A stretch of DNA of 64,000 nt from Thermodesulfobacteriota bacterium (lineage in GTDB: Bacteria > Desulfobacterota_D > UBA1144 > Nemesobacterales > JAJCZQ01): contig OZ244044.1 in the NCBI GenBank assembly GCA_965215275.1, forward strand, positions 128,001 through 192,000, in the 5' to 3' direction. Positions 9,626 through 19,063 of this stretch are shown here, piece after piece (position 1 is the first letter of the stretch; every line of letters starts with the position of its first letter). The notes under the pieces are model-generated. The model saw only the letters and a program-made list of their open reading frames with translations, was not told where the DNA came from and searched no databases. A program made the position numbers and the translations under genes.

Positions 9626-12600
9626 ATGAAAAGATCAAACATAAAAACACGTAGTTCCATTACCCCCCCCCCCCCGTGTATACCTGAACTTTCAGCCTGG
9701 TATAAGTATTTTGTAAGAACAATGTTTAAGATAATCCCCCCCCCCATCTAAGTCATTACTAACTTTAGTCTTTATTCTTCTGTTTATACTGGTAATAGCT
9801 GCAAAAGGGCAGAGCAGCCTGGAAGAAACATTATCTGAATGCAGAGGCATCAGTGCAGACACGGAAGATCCGTTATACGGATGTCAGTGGCATCTGAAGA
9901 ACACGGGGCAGTTAAGTTTTTCCGGAAATAGAATAACTGCAGGAGAAGATATAAACATAGAGGGGGTGTGGAACGAAGACGTATACGGTACCGGAATTAA
10001 CGTAGCAATAGTAAGTGACGGTATCGACCTTTCACATGAGGACCTTTCTGCAAACGTCCGTTCCGGACCGAACTATGATCTTTCTGACAGTTCATCCTTT
10101 AGTGGGACAAGAGCGGCAGGAGTAACAGCAGCAACTGGATATAACGGACTGGGAGTAAGAGGAACAGCACCTGGTGCGAGTATATACAGTTACAGGTTAT
10201 CCGGTGATATCAGTGAAGCGGACGCGGTGGTCCGTAATAAGGAAATAACAGCAGTATCGGTTAACGGCCGGGGATCTGAGGACGGAGCTTTTTTTCAGGA
10301 GGCTTCATCTTCCTGGGAAGAAGGAGTGGAACTTGGTATAAAGCAAGGGTTTTACGGTAAAGGGGTGTTTTACGTCCGGGGAGTAGGGGACGGGCATGAA
10401 AGAGGAGATCAGGCTAATTTTAATGAATATTCCAGCTATTACGGAGTAACAGCCGTCTGTTCAACGGACGGCTTTGGAAAGAAGAGTATTTTTTCAGAAG
10501 AGGGAGTAAATCTGTGGGTATGTGCACCTGGTTCTGATATTGTAACTACTGATAACAAAAACGATTACGTTGTAACTTCCGGAACATTTCTATCAGCTTC
10601 ACAGGTTGGAGGAGTGGCAGCACTGCTGAGAGAGATAAACGGGAATCTGAGCTGGAGGGATATAAAGCTTATACTTGCGGGTTCAGCACGGCAGAACGAT
10701 TTTTTTGATATGAGCTGGGAGACTGGAGCTGTTAAATACGGTTCTGATACGGAAAGATATAATTCTAATCCTAAGTATGGTTTTGGCGTGGTAGACGCAG
10801 AAGCAGCTGCAGAACTTGCAAAAAGCTGGAAAGGCGTTGGAGAGATGAGGACCATTACAGCTTCTTCAGATAATGAACTGACAATTCCTGATGGAGATGG
10901 AGAAGCGGACGGGGTCCTTGTTTCCAGACTTATGATACCGGACCTTGAAGAGGTAACATTTACGGAGTTCGTTGAAGCTGAGCTTGTTCTTTCGTGTGAC
11001 TGCTTACAGGACCTTAATATACAGATAACCTCTCCTTCCGGGACAGTATCTGAACTTGTGCGGGAGGTTGTAAGGGGATCTTCGAATGAAGAAGAAAACT
11101 GCGTCAGTTACCTGAGAAGAACACATCGTTTCGGGTCGGCTAAACACCTCGGAGAAGACCCTTCCGGAGAATGGATCCTTAAGATCTCTGATACTGCTCC
11201 CGGAGATGAAGAAGATGAAAAAAACACTGTTACCTTACACTCATGGAGCATTAAGGTATACGGGAATTTTTATCAGGGACCTGGCAGTGAGATAAGTACT
11301 AAACATCATTTCAGTTTTGACAGTCAGACGATAGATGATCAGGTGTATACAACAAGGGTTCAGATAACACCATTAGTGCTGCCTAGGGGAACTGGAGCGA
11401 ATGGATCAGTAGGTTACAGTATATCTCCTAATGTACCTGCTGGATTGAGTTTTGATCCTGACACCCGGGTGCTGAGCGGAACACCAACTACTCCACAGGG
11501 CAAGACTACTTATACATATAGAGCAACAGACGAAAGACCCGATACGATTAGTTTGCGCTTCGGTATCACGGTAAAAGGTCCAGCCGGTGATCCGAGCTTC
11601 GGCAGTCAGACGGTAGAAAATCAGGTTTTTGTTAATGGTTCAGCAGTAACGTTAACTCTGCCTCAGGCTACCGGAGGTAACGGAACTTTAAATTACAGTT
11701 TAACTAATAGTATAGGTGATCCAATTAAAATTAATGGATTGGATTATAACGAAAACACCAGAACGTTAAGTGGAACGCTCAACGTTTCTCCAAGTGGATT
11801 ACCTATAACTCAAACTTATACCTACAAGGTAACTGATGATGACGGTGATTCTGACAGTATTACTTTCTCTATTACTATAGAAGCGAACTCAGAGCCGAGC
11901 TTTGGTGGTCAGTCTATCCCAAATCAGATATATATTGAAGGGACTACGGCAAACCTTCCAGTAACACTGCCTGCTGCAACGGGAGGGAATGGGACTTTAA
12001 CTTACAGTTTAACCCCTTCATTACCAACTGGATTGAGCTTTGAGCCTGCTACCCGAGTGATAAGTGGAACAGCACCTGATCCTACTCCGTTTACTTTTAG
12101 AACTTTCACATATAAGGTAACGGACAGTGATGGAGATAAAGTTGAGCTGACGTTCATAATACAAATAATAAAAGACACCCAGCCAGCCTTTAATAATACG
12201 ATAACAGATAAGGTGTATTATACGTTTACAGGAGTAACGGAAACGTTACCTGAGGCAGCAGAAAATAATAATCTACCTTCAACTTACAGTTTAGTTCCTG
12301 CATTACCTGATGGACTGATCTTTACCCCTGCTACCAGAGAGATAACAGGAACACCAACTGCTGCAACGTCTGAGACTGATTATACGTATACGGTTGCTGA
12401 TCTAAATGGAGATACGGACGAGTTAACGTTCAGTATTACTGTAAGAGCAGAACCGAACACAATGCCGACCTTCGGAAGTGAAACTATAGATAACAAGGTA
12501 TATATAAACGGAGAAGCAGTAAATGAAACACTGCCTGAAGCAACGTCAGGGAATGCTCCATTAACTTACAGCTTAACTCCTGCCTTACCTGCCGGATTGG

Positions 12601-13160
12601 ATTTTACCCCTGCTACACAAGTTATAAGCGGAACACCGACTACTGCAACGTCTGAGACTGATTACACGTATACAGTAACGGACGCAGATAATGATACAGA
12701 TGAACTGGAGTTCAGTATTACAGTGGAAGAAGACAGCGAACCGGACTTCAGCGTGACGACGATAGAAGATCAGGTGTACATGGGGAGATCAATAAGGTTG
12801 CCGGTAGCAACGGGAGGGAATGCACCGTTAGTATACAGTATAACGCCTCCCTTACCTCCTGGGTTGAGATTGGACAGAAACACAGGGATAATAAGCGGGA
12901 CGCCCGCGAGTGCGTCGTCTGAGAGGACCTACACGTACACGGTAACGGACAGGAATGGAGACATTAAAGAGTTGACCTTCAGGTTCAGTGCAGCGGCTCC
13001 GCCACCGACAGGTAGTGATTCAGGCGGAGGTGGAGGAGGATGTGCCGTATCAGAGCAAAGCAGCGTTGATGAAGATATTCTCGGAGTAATGGCATGTCTG
13101 ATACTTATACCTGTGTCAGTAACGATAAGAAGAAAGAGAAGAGCTCAGGTAAAGACTTAG
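9626..13160 (+). CDS. Surface protein copy 1: inactive S8 subtilase domain, P-domain, about 6 Ig-like (He_PIG-type) repeats and GlyGly-Cys/TM/basic tail; 5' end out of frame at a poly-C tract
   Basis: The frame of ORF 9966-13160 is open back to 9735 and encodes a signal peptide (SKSLLTLVFILLFILVIAA); ATGs at 9626 and 9722 join it only if C10 (9736-9745) becomes C9 or C12. Confidence 0.85.
9663..9675 (+). repeat. Poly-C tract 1 of cassette 1 (C13, in frame)
   Basis: 13 consecutive C in the reading frame from ATG 9626. Confidence 0.9.
9736..9745 (+). repeat. Poly-C tract 2 of cassette 1 (C10, out of frame)
   Basis: ATC CCC CCC CCC ATC TAA, stop at 9749-9751. Confidence 0.9.
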
Positions 13161-13419
13161 CAATGCAGTCCTTTCCAAAACACTGAACGAATTAAAATCT
13201 CTCAGTCAGAATAAAGGAATAATAACAAGTAGAAAACCCAAAGATAATTCTACAGGTAGATAGGAACCTTGATGGCATTGGTACTTGTTTTTTAATCTCG
13301 GGCAACACGGTATACAATGCTAAAATTTCTAACTTTAAACTATTTCAGCAAAAACAGCAGAAAAACACTTACAATCAACAAACATCAGCAGTTTTATGGA
13401 CGTTGTTTTAAAGTATTTT

Positions 13420-13502
13420 TGCCGAAGGGGAGACTCGAACTCCCACGCCCTATGGGCACTACCCCCTCAAGATAGCGTGTCTACCAATTCCACCACTTCG
13501 GC
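13420..13502 (-). tRNA. tRNA-Leu(GAG), CCA not encoded
   Basis: Reverse complement GCCGAAGTGGTGGAATTGGTAGACACGCTATCTTGAGGGGGTAG...GGGAGTTCGAGTCTCCCCTTCGGCA; long variable arm; anticodon GAG. Confidence 0.95.
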
Positions 13503-13577
13503 GTTTAAATAAAACATAACTGACGTTGAAAGTAGTCTAAAGTTTGTTATGTTGAAGAAAACTATCTTACTGATAGG

Positions 13578-14801
13578 TCATGCCCCGAACTTTTTTAGCC
13601 TGCCTGAGTGCGCAAGCAGAAGTGGCATAATATCAGTCGATTTAATAATTCCAAGGGAACCTTTATTACATTCCGTTTCATTAAAACCCTTAATATTACT
13701 TAATCTTGAATATTTGGAGTTTATCATGATGGGAACAGGGTGCCAGCTATGGGACATAGCTATGGATGGAGTTGAATGGTCGCCTGTTACAACAAGAACA
13801 TCTGGATCAAGGTGCATTATCTCAGGAACTGAACTGTCAAACTCCTCTATAACCCCGACCTTTCCATCAAAATTACCATCTTCACCGTAACTATCGGTCC
13901 CTTTTATATGAAGGTAGATAAAATCATAATTGTCCATTGATCCCTTAAGTGTCTCGATTTCACCTGCAATGGTTTTATCTGATACCTGCAGTACTTCCAT
14001 CCCGACCAGTTTTGCAACGCCCCTGTACATAGGATAAGCCGCGATACAGCCTGCTTTTAATCCGTAGGCATCTTTATAAGGGTCCAGGTAAGGACGTACC
14101 GATATTCCCCTTAGTAACACATAGTTTGCTTTTTTCTCGTTCCTTATCTTTTCAGCGATACGGCTAATGAGCTTTGTGATAACTCTGGCAGGTTTTAACG
14201 CTTCTTGGGTCGACCCGTTCGGGATAAGAGGACTTAATCCAGCCTCCTGAGGGTCGGTGTCGTTGATGTTATCTCCCCCAGTGGCGATTTTTTCCGGGAA
14301 GGTGAGCTTTAAGGCGAATCTGTGATCTATTCCTGAATAAAAGCTGATCTTAACTCCATCAATATGTTTTATTTGTTCAGATAAAAGTCCAACGATCCTT
14401 TTATTTTCCTTTGTTGGTATTCTTCCAGCTCTTCTGTCCGTAATGACCGGCAAGCCGTCTTGATATATGGCAGTTGCGAAATTCCCTCTTATTGCAAGGT
14501 CATTTTCGTCCAGACCAACGCCAAGACCCAGTACTTCAAGCACGCCTCTGCCAATCCTGTGAACAAATGGGTCATAGCCAAATAATGCCAGGTGTGCCAC
14601 ACCGCTGCCGGGCGTAATGCCCCTTGCCACCGGAATATGCAACCCACAGGACGACTTTTTGGCAAGTTCGTCCAGATTGGGCGTGTCGGCAGCCTCGAGT
14701 TCGGTTTTTCCATCTTTTGGTAAACCGCCTAATCCGTCTAATACACAGAAGACTATCTTGGTGTTGTTTTTGTTTATTAACTCTCTGATCACGTTATTCA
14801 T
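13578..14801 (-). CDS. apgM: 2,3-bisphosphoglycerate-independent phosphoglycerate mutase (ApgM type)
   Basis: LDGLGG, TPGSGVAHL, DRRAGRI and TGDHSTP motifs. Confidence 0.9.
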   Translation of the reverse strand: MNNVIRELINKNNTKIVFCVLDGLGGLPKDGKTELEAADTPNLDELAKKSSCGLHIPVARGITPGSGVAHLALFGYDPFVHRIGRGVLEVLGLGVGLDENDLAIRGNFATAIYQDGLPVITDRRAGRIPTKENKRIVGLLSEQIKHIDGVKISFYSGIDHRFALKLTFPEKIATGGDNINDTDPQEAGLSPLIPNGSTQEALKPARVITKLISRIAEKIRNEKKANYVLLRGISVRPYLDPYKDAYGLKAGCIAAYPMYRGVAKLVGMEVLQVSDKTIAGEIETLKGSMDNYDFIYLHIKGTDSYGEDGNFDGKVGVIEEFDSSVPEIMHLDPDVLVVTGDHSTPSIAMSHSWHPVPIMINSKYSRLSNIKGFNETECNKGSLGIIKSTDIMPLLLAHSGRLKKFGA

Positions 14802-14815
14802 TTATCCATCCATCA

Positions 14816-15577
14816 CTAGTTTAGTATAAATACCTGTCCGTCAAATGCCGGGGAGATATTCTTTGGAAGCTGGCTTTTTAGCGATCTGTAATCAAGTTCA
14901 TGGCCCATGTGGGTTAAAACAGCTTTTTTAGGCTTGATCTTGTTTATCATATCAACTGCCTGCTCCACGTTAAAATGTGCCACATGTTCCTTATACCTTA
15001 AGGCTCCGATGATCAGCAGGTCAAGTTCGTTTAATTTTCTAAGTGATCTGGCCGGGATACCACTGCAGTCGGTCAGGTACGCCATACTGCCGATCCTGTA
15101 GCCGAGTATCATCCAGTCTGCATGATTTATCTCAACGGGTGTTATATCTATCCCTTTGAAATTGAATTTTCTGTTAACGGTCTTAAAATTAAGTCTTGGC
15201 TTCCCTCCTGCAGCGGGGAAACTGTCAAATATGTATTTAAAGTTTTCTTTTATATTGCTGACCGTAAAGGAATTCCCGTAGCAGCATATCTCGATCCTGT
15301 TAGTGAAGTTAAAGGTTCTGAGATCATCTATTCCATGGGTGTGGTCCGCGTGGGAATGGGTATAAAGGACCGCGTCGATCCTGCTAACGTCGTTCGCCAA
15401 AGCCTGGAAGCGAAGGTCCGTTGAACTGTCGATCAGCAGGTTCAGTCCGTTCTTTCTTATAAGTATCGAACTTCTTGTTCTTTTATTCCTGGGATCTCCG
15501 GAAGTGCAAACGTCGCAGTTACATCCGGCTATCGGAACTCCGGTCGAAGTGGAGCAGCCGAGTATTATGACCTTCAT
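14816..15577 (-). CDS. MBL-fold metallo-hydrolase (PhnP/YcfH-like)
   Basis: GCSTSTGVP..CNCDVC, THSHADHTHG and YLTD motifs. Confidence 0.88.
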   Translation of the reverse strand: MKVIILGCSTSTGVPIAGCNCDVCTSGDPRNKRTRSSILIRKNGLNLLIDSSTDLRFQALANDVSRIDAVLYTHSHADHTHGIDDLRTFNFTNRIEICCYGNSFTVSNIKENFKYIFDSFPAAGGKPRLNFKTVNRKFNFKGIDITPVEINHADWMILGYRIGSMAYLTDCSGIPARSLRKLNELDLLIIGALRYKEHVAHFNVEQAVDMINKIKPKKAVLTHMGHELDYRSLKSQLPKNISPAFDGQVFILN

Positions 15578-15649
15578 AAATACAAAAAATTATCATTATT
15601 TACCCGTTATTGCAAAATGATTTGAAATACATATAATAGACTTTTTAAA

Positions 15650-17368
15650 GTGCATAGAAGAAAAACAAGCATCATAGTATATACCATCTTTATTCTGGTA
15701 CTGTCTGTTTATTTTACACAGAGCTATGCCAAAGACAGGGGAACGGTACTGTTCAATGAAGCCAACCATCTTTATGGCAGTTTGGCCGTAGACACCAAAA
15801 AATCACAAGATAAAGAAATATGGGAAACCATTGCTCAAGTATTTTTCAGCGTATACGAATCATACCCTAAGAGCAAAAAAGCACTTAATTCACTCTTTCT
15901 GTCTGGCAAGATGTACGAAGAGATAGGGGACAGGTTCAGTTCTTCCTCTTCACATAAGAGATCAATAAGTTTATCACGTCAGTTCGTTAAAGCCTTTCCT
16001 TACAGTGATCTGGCCGATGATGCACAGATCAGGATCGCAAGGGTCTATGAAAAGCTCGGTAACAGGTCACAGGCTTACGTTGAGTACAAAAAGGTCGTGA
16101 ACGATCTGCCTCGGGGCGACATGCTGACCATAGCAAGAAGAGAAGCAAGAAAACTGATGGTTCACAGGTCTGAAAAGATCGATGAACACAAGCCTGCTCC
16201 GACCAACGGTTCAAAGGCCAGGCTCACAAAAATAAGACACTGGTCAACGAAAAACTCGACCAGGGTCGTTATTCAGCTGGATAGGTCGGCTTCATACAAG
16301 TCCCGGCTGCTTAAAGCTGATCCGGATATAAACAAGCCTCCGAGACTGTTCGTTGATATTAACAACACCTACGTGGACGATGACCTGTACATGGAGCCTT
16401 TGACGATGGGTTTGCTTGAAGATATAAAATATGCCCAGTATACAAAAACCAAATCCCGAGTGGTCTTATATATAGACAGTTTTGAGAACTACAATGTCTT
16501 TTCATTGCCGAACCCCTTTAGGATAGTCATGGACATATGGGGTGAAAAGGGCAAAGTCGCTACAAGCAGAGACAGGAAAAAATTAAGGATAAGACCTGAT
16601 AAAAAAGCCGGTTCTCTTCCTTCTCCAGGACAGTTAGATAGTTTAAGACAGGCATTGGGGTTAAAGATCCGTACGGTCGTGATAGACCCGGGACACGGAG
16701 GGCATGACCCGGGCGCGGTAGGTCCGAACGGGGTCAAGGAGAAGGATATAAACTTAAAGATAGCCAAGGAACTTAAAAGGATCCTTGACAGTAAAGGTAA
16801 AGAGATCGGAGTAGAAAAGGTTTATCTGACCAGGTCCAAAGATCGTTTTATCCCGTTGGAAGAAAGAACTGCCATTGCCAAAAAGCGGGGTGCAGACCTG
16901 TTTATATCAATACACTGCAATGCCTCCAGGAACAGAAAGGCCGTAGGGTCAGAAACCTACGTTCTGAGTTTTACAAAAAACAAAAGAGCACTTGAAGTCG
17001 CAGCACGAGAAAATGCCACTACAACAAAAAGGGTCAGCGACCTGGACGACATTCTGAAGAAATATCTCCTGAGTTCAAAGATAGAGGAATCTGAAAAGTT
17101 TGCAGCTTATGTACAGAGTTCCATTTATAGTACAGTAGCTCCGCGATATAAACGTTTTAAAAATAAAGGTGTTAAAAGAGCACCTTTTATCGTTTTAATT
17201 GGAGTTGATATTCCGAGCATACTCGTTGAGACGTCCTTTATATCAAATCCCACAGAGGAAAAAAGACTTAACAATTCCAAATACAGAGTGCGTATAGCCC
17301 AGGGTATATATGAAGGTATAAAACGGTACTCTGCTGAAATTCAAACGGCAAGATCATTTGGCGGCTGA
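15650..17368 (+). CDS. N-acetylmuramoyl-L-alanine amidase with N-terminal TPR and AMIN domains
   Basis: IDPGHGGHDPGA, EK, SIHCNA and LVETSFISN motifs. Confidence 0.92.
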   Translation: MHRRKTSIIVYTIFILVLSVYFTQSYAKDRGTVLFNEANHLYGSLAVDTKKSQDKEIWETIAQVFFSVYESYPKSKKALNSLFLSGKMYEEIGDRFSSSSSHKRSISLSRQFVKAFPYSDLADDAQIRIARVYEKLGNRSQAYVEYKKVVNDLPRGDMLTIARREARKLMVHRSEKIDEHKPAPTNGSKARLTKIRHWSTKNSTRVVIQLDRSASYKSRLLKADPDINKPPRLFVDINNTYVDDDLYMEPLTMGLLEDIKYAQYTKTKSRVVLYIDSFENYNVFSLPNPFRIVMDIWGEKGKVATSRDRKKLRIRPDKKAGSLPSPGQLDSLRQALGLKIRTVVIDPGHGGHDPGAVGPNGVKEKDINLKIAKELKRILDSKGKEIGVEKVYLTRSKDRFIPLEERTAIAKKRGADLFISIHCNASRNRKAVGSETYVLSFTKNKRALEVAARENATTTKRVSDLDDILKKYLLSSKIEESEKFAAYVQSSIYSTVAPRYKRFKNKGVKRAPFIVLIGVDIPSILVETSFISNPTEEKRLNNSKYRVRIAQGIYEGIKRYSAEIQTARSFGG

Positions 17369-17371
17369 TCA

Positions 17372-19063
17372 ATGAACATTAACGGCGAAATCGCCCGAAT
17401 ATTCAATAATATCGCCAATATGCTTGATATCGCGGGTGAAAACCCGTTTAAGGTACGTGCCTACAAGAGGGCTTCAAGGAACATCCTGAACCTGGATAAG
17501 GATATAGGGGACCGCTCAGGCGGGGACGATATAGAAAATATTGATGGTATTGGCAAGGACCTTGCAAAGAAGATAAGGGAATTCATTGATGAAGGAAGAA
17601 TGCAGTATTATGAGGACCTGAAGGCGAAGATACCTGAAACGCTTACCGATATGCTGAACGTTCAAGGTATCGGACCAAAACTTTTAAAGACCCTTTATCA
17701 GGACTTTAACGTGCGTGAGTTCAGTGATCTTGAGAGGGTCATTGAGAGTCCGGAACTGCTGCAGGTTAAGGGTATTGGAATAAAGAAGATAAAAGAGATC
17801 AGGGTCGGAATTAAGCTTTTCAAGTCCCATATAGATAAGATCAATCTGGGATTTGCCCTGCCGGTAGCGGAATCGCTCAGAAATGAACTGGCGGGGATCA
17901 GGAACGTTGACGATGTAAAAATAGTGGGAAGCCTCAGACGAGGTTCAGAGACCACTCAAAGCATAGATATTATCGTTGTTTCCGATAAAACGGAGCAGGT
18001 AAGGGAAGCGGTTATTAACTCAACATTCGTAAGAGAGGTACTGAAGAGCGATGATCATGGTCTTTCTTTACTTCTGAACAACAATATGCCTGTCAACGTA
18101 TATTTAAGCACCAGAGGACCTTCTGTTTATTCAACCTTTCTCAGAACCGGTTCTGAAGGTCACGTTGAAAGGATCGAAGATATGGCAAGGCAGAACGGTA
18201 CTGACCTGACAAGTGCGAACTTCAGTTCAGAAGCCGATCTGTACGCAGAGCTTGATATGCAGTATATACCCCCGGAACTGAGAGAGGATAAAGAAGAAAT
18301 AAAACTGTCGATCTCAGGTAAGCTGGGAACATTGATCGACATAAAGGATATCAGGGGAGACCTTCACACTCACAGTACGTGGAGTGACGGAAGGTCCACG
18401 GTAAAGGAAATGGCCATAAGGGCCAGGGACCTTGGATATGAATATATTGCTGTTACGGACCATTCCCCGTCGTCGCGTATAGCGAACGGACTGGACGTTG
18501 ACAGATTAAATAAAAAAATAGAGGAGATCAGAGAAGCAGATGTGGCAGTTGATGGAATTAAGGTCATTATGGGAGCTGAGGTGGATATAAAACCCGATGG
18601 CAGGCTGGATTATCCCGACGAGGTGCTTAAGGAACTTGACGTGGTTATTGCCTCGGTACACAGTAATTTCAAGATGGAAAAGGACGAGATGACCCGAAGA
18701 ATAACGTCGGCACTGCGCAATCCTTACGTTGCGGCCCTTGGTCACCCGACGGGAAGGCTTATAGGATTTCGCAATCCTTACGATATTGATATGGACGAGA
18801 TAATGGATACCGCCCGAAAATACGGTAAGGCCCTGGAGGTTAACTCTTCCAATATGAGACTTGATCTGAAAGATGAGCACGTAAAAAATGCGGTTGATAA
18901 AGGTGTAAAACTTATTATTTCAACGGATGCCCATCACGTTGATCAGCTTGCTCAGATGATATACGGAATACTCACGGCCAGAAGGGGCCGGGTCAGAAAG
19001 GATGACGTTGTAAATACAGGCCATTTAAGGGAACTGCAAAGCTGGCTCAACAACTTCAGATGA
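17372..19063 (+). CDS. polX: DNA polymerase X/PHP protein with an altered polymerase active site
   Basis: GENPFKVRAY, HhH motifs, GSLRR; PHP motifs DLHTHS, TDHS, HP and TDAH. Confidence 0.9.
   Translation: MNINGEIARIFNNIANMLDIAGENPFKVRAYKRASRNILNLDKDIGDRSGGDDIENIDGIGKDLAKKIREFIDEGRMQYYEDLKAKIPETLTDMLNVQGIGPKLLKTLYQDFNVREFSDLERVIESPELLQVKGIGIKKIKEIRVGIKLFKSHIDKINLGFALPVAESLRNELAGIRNVDDVKIVGSLRRGSETTQSIDIIVVSDKTEQVREAVINSTFVREVLKSDDHGLSLLLNNNMPVNVYLSTRGPSVYSTFLRTGSEGHVERIEDMARQNGTDLTSANFSSEADLYAELDMQYIPPELREDKEEIKLSISGKLGTLIDIKDIRGDLHTHSTWSDGRSTVKEMAIRARDLGYEYIAVTDHSPSSRIANGLDVDRLNKKIEEIREADVAVDGIKVIMGAEVDIKPDGRLDYPDEVLKELDVVIASVHSNFKMEKDEMTRRITSALRNPYVAALGHPTGRLIGFRNPYDIDMDEIMDTARKYGKALEVNSSNMRLDLKDEHVKNAVDKGVKLIISTDAHHVDQLAQMIYGILTARRGRVRKDDVVNTGHLRELQSWLNNFR

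Noticed and set aside
11300..12990. CRISPR array or DGR template/variable repeats in the repeated DNA
   Set aside because: The repeats are in-frame, degenerate Ig-like coding units; there is no repeat-spacer pattern, cas gene or reverse transcriptase
9491..13502. tRNA-Leu-anchored genomic island containing cassette 1
   Set aside because: No duplicate of the tRNA 3' end was found at the far side and no integrase is present
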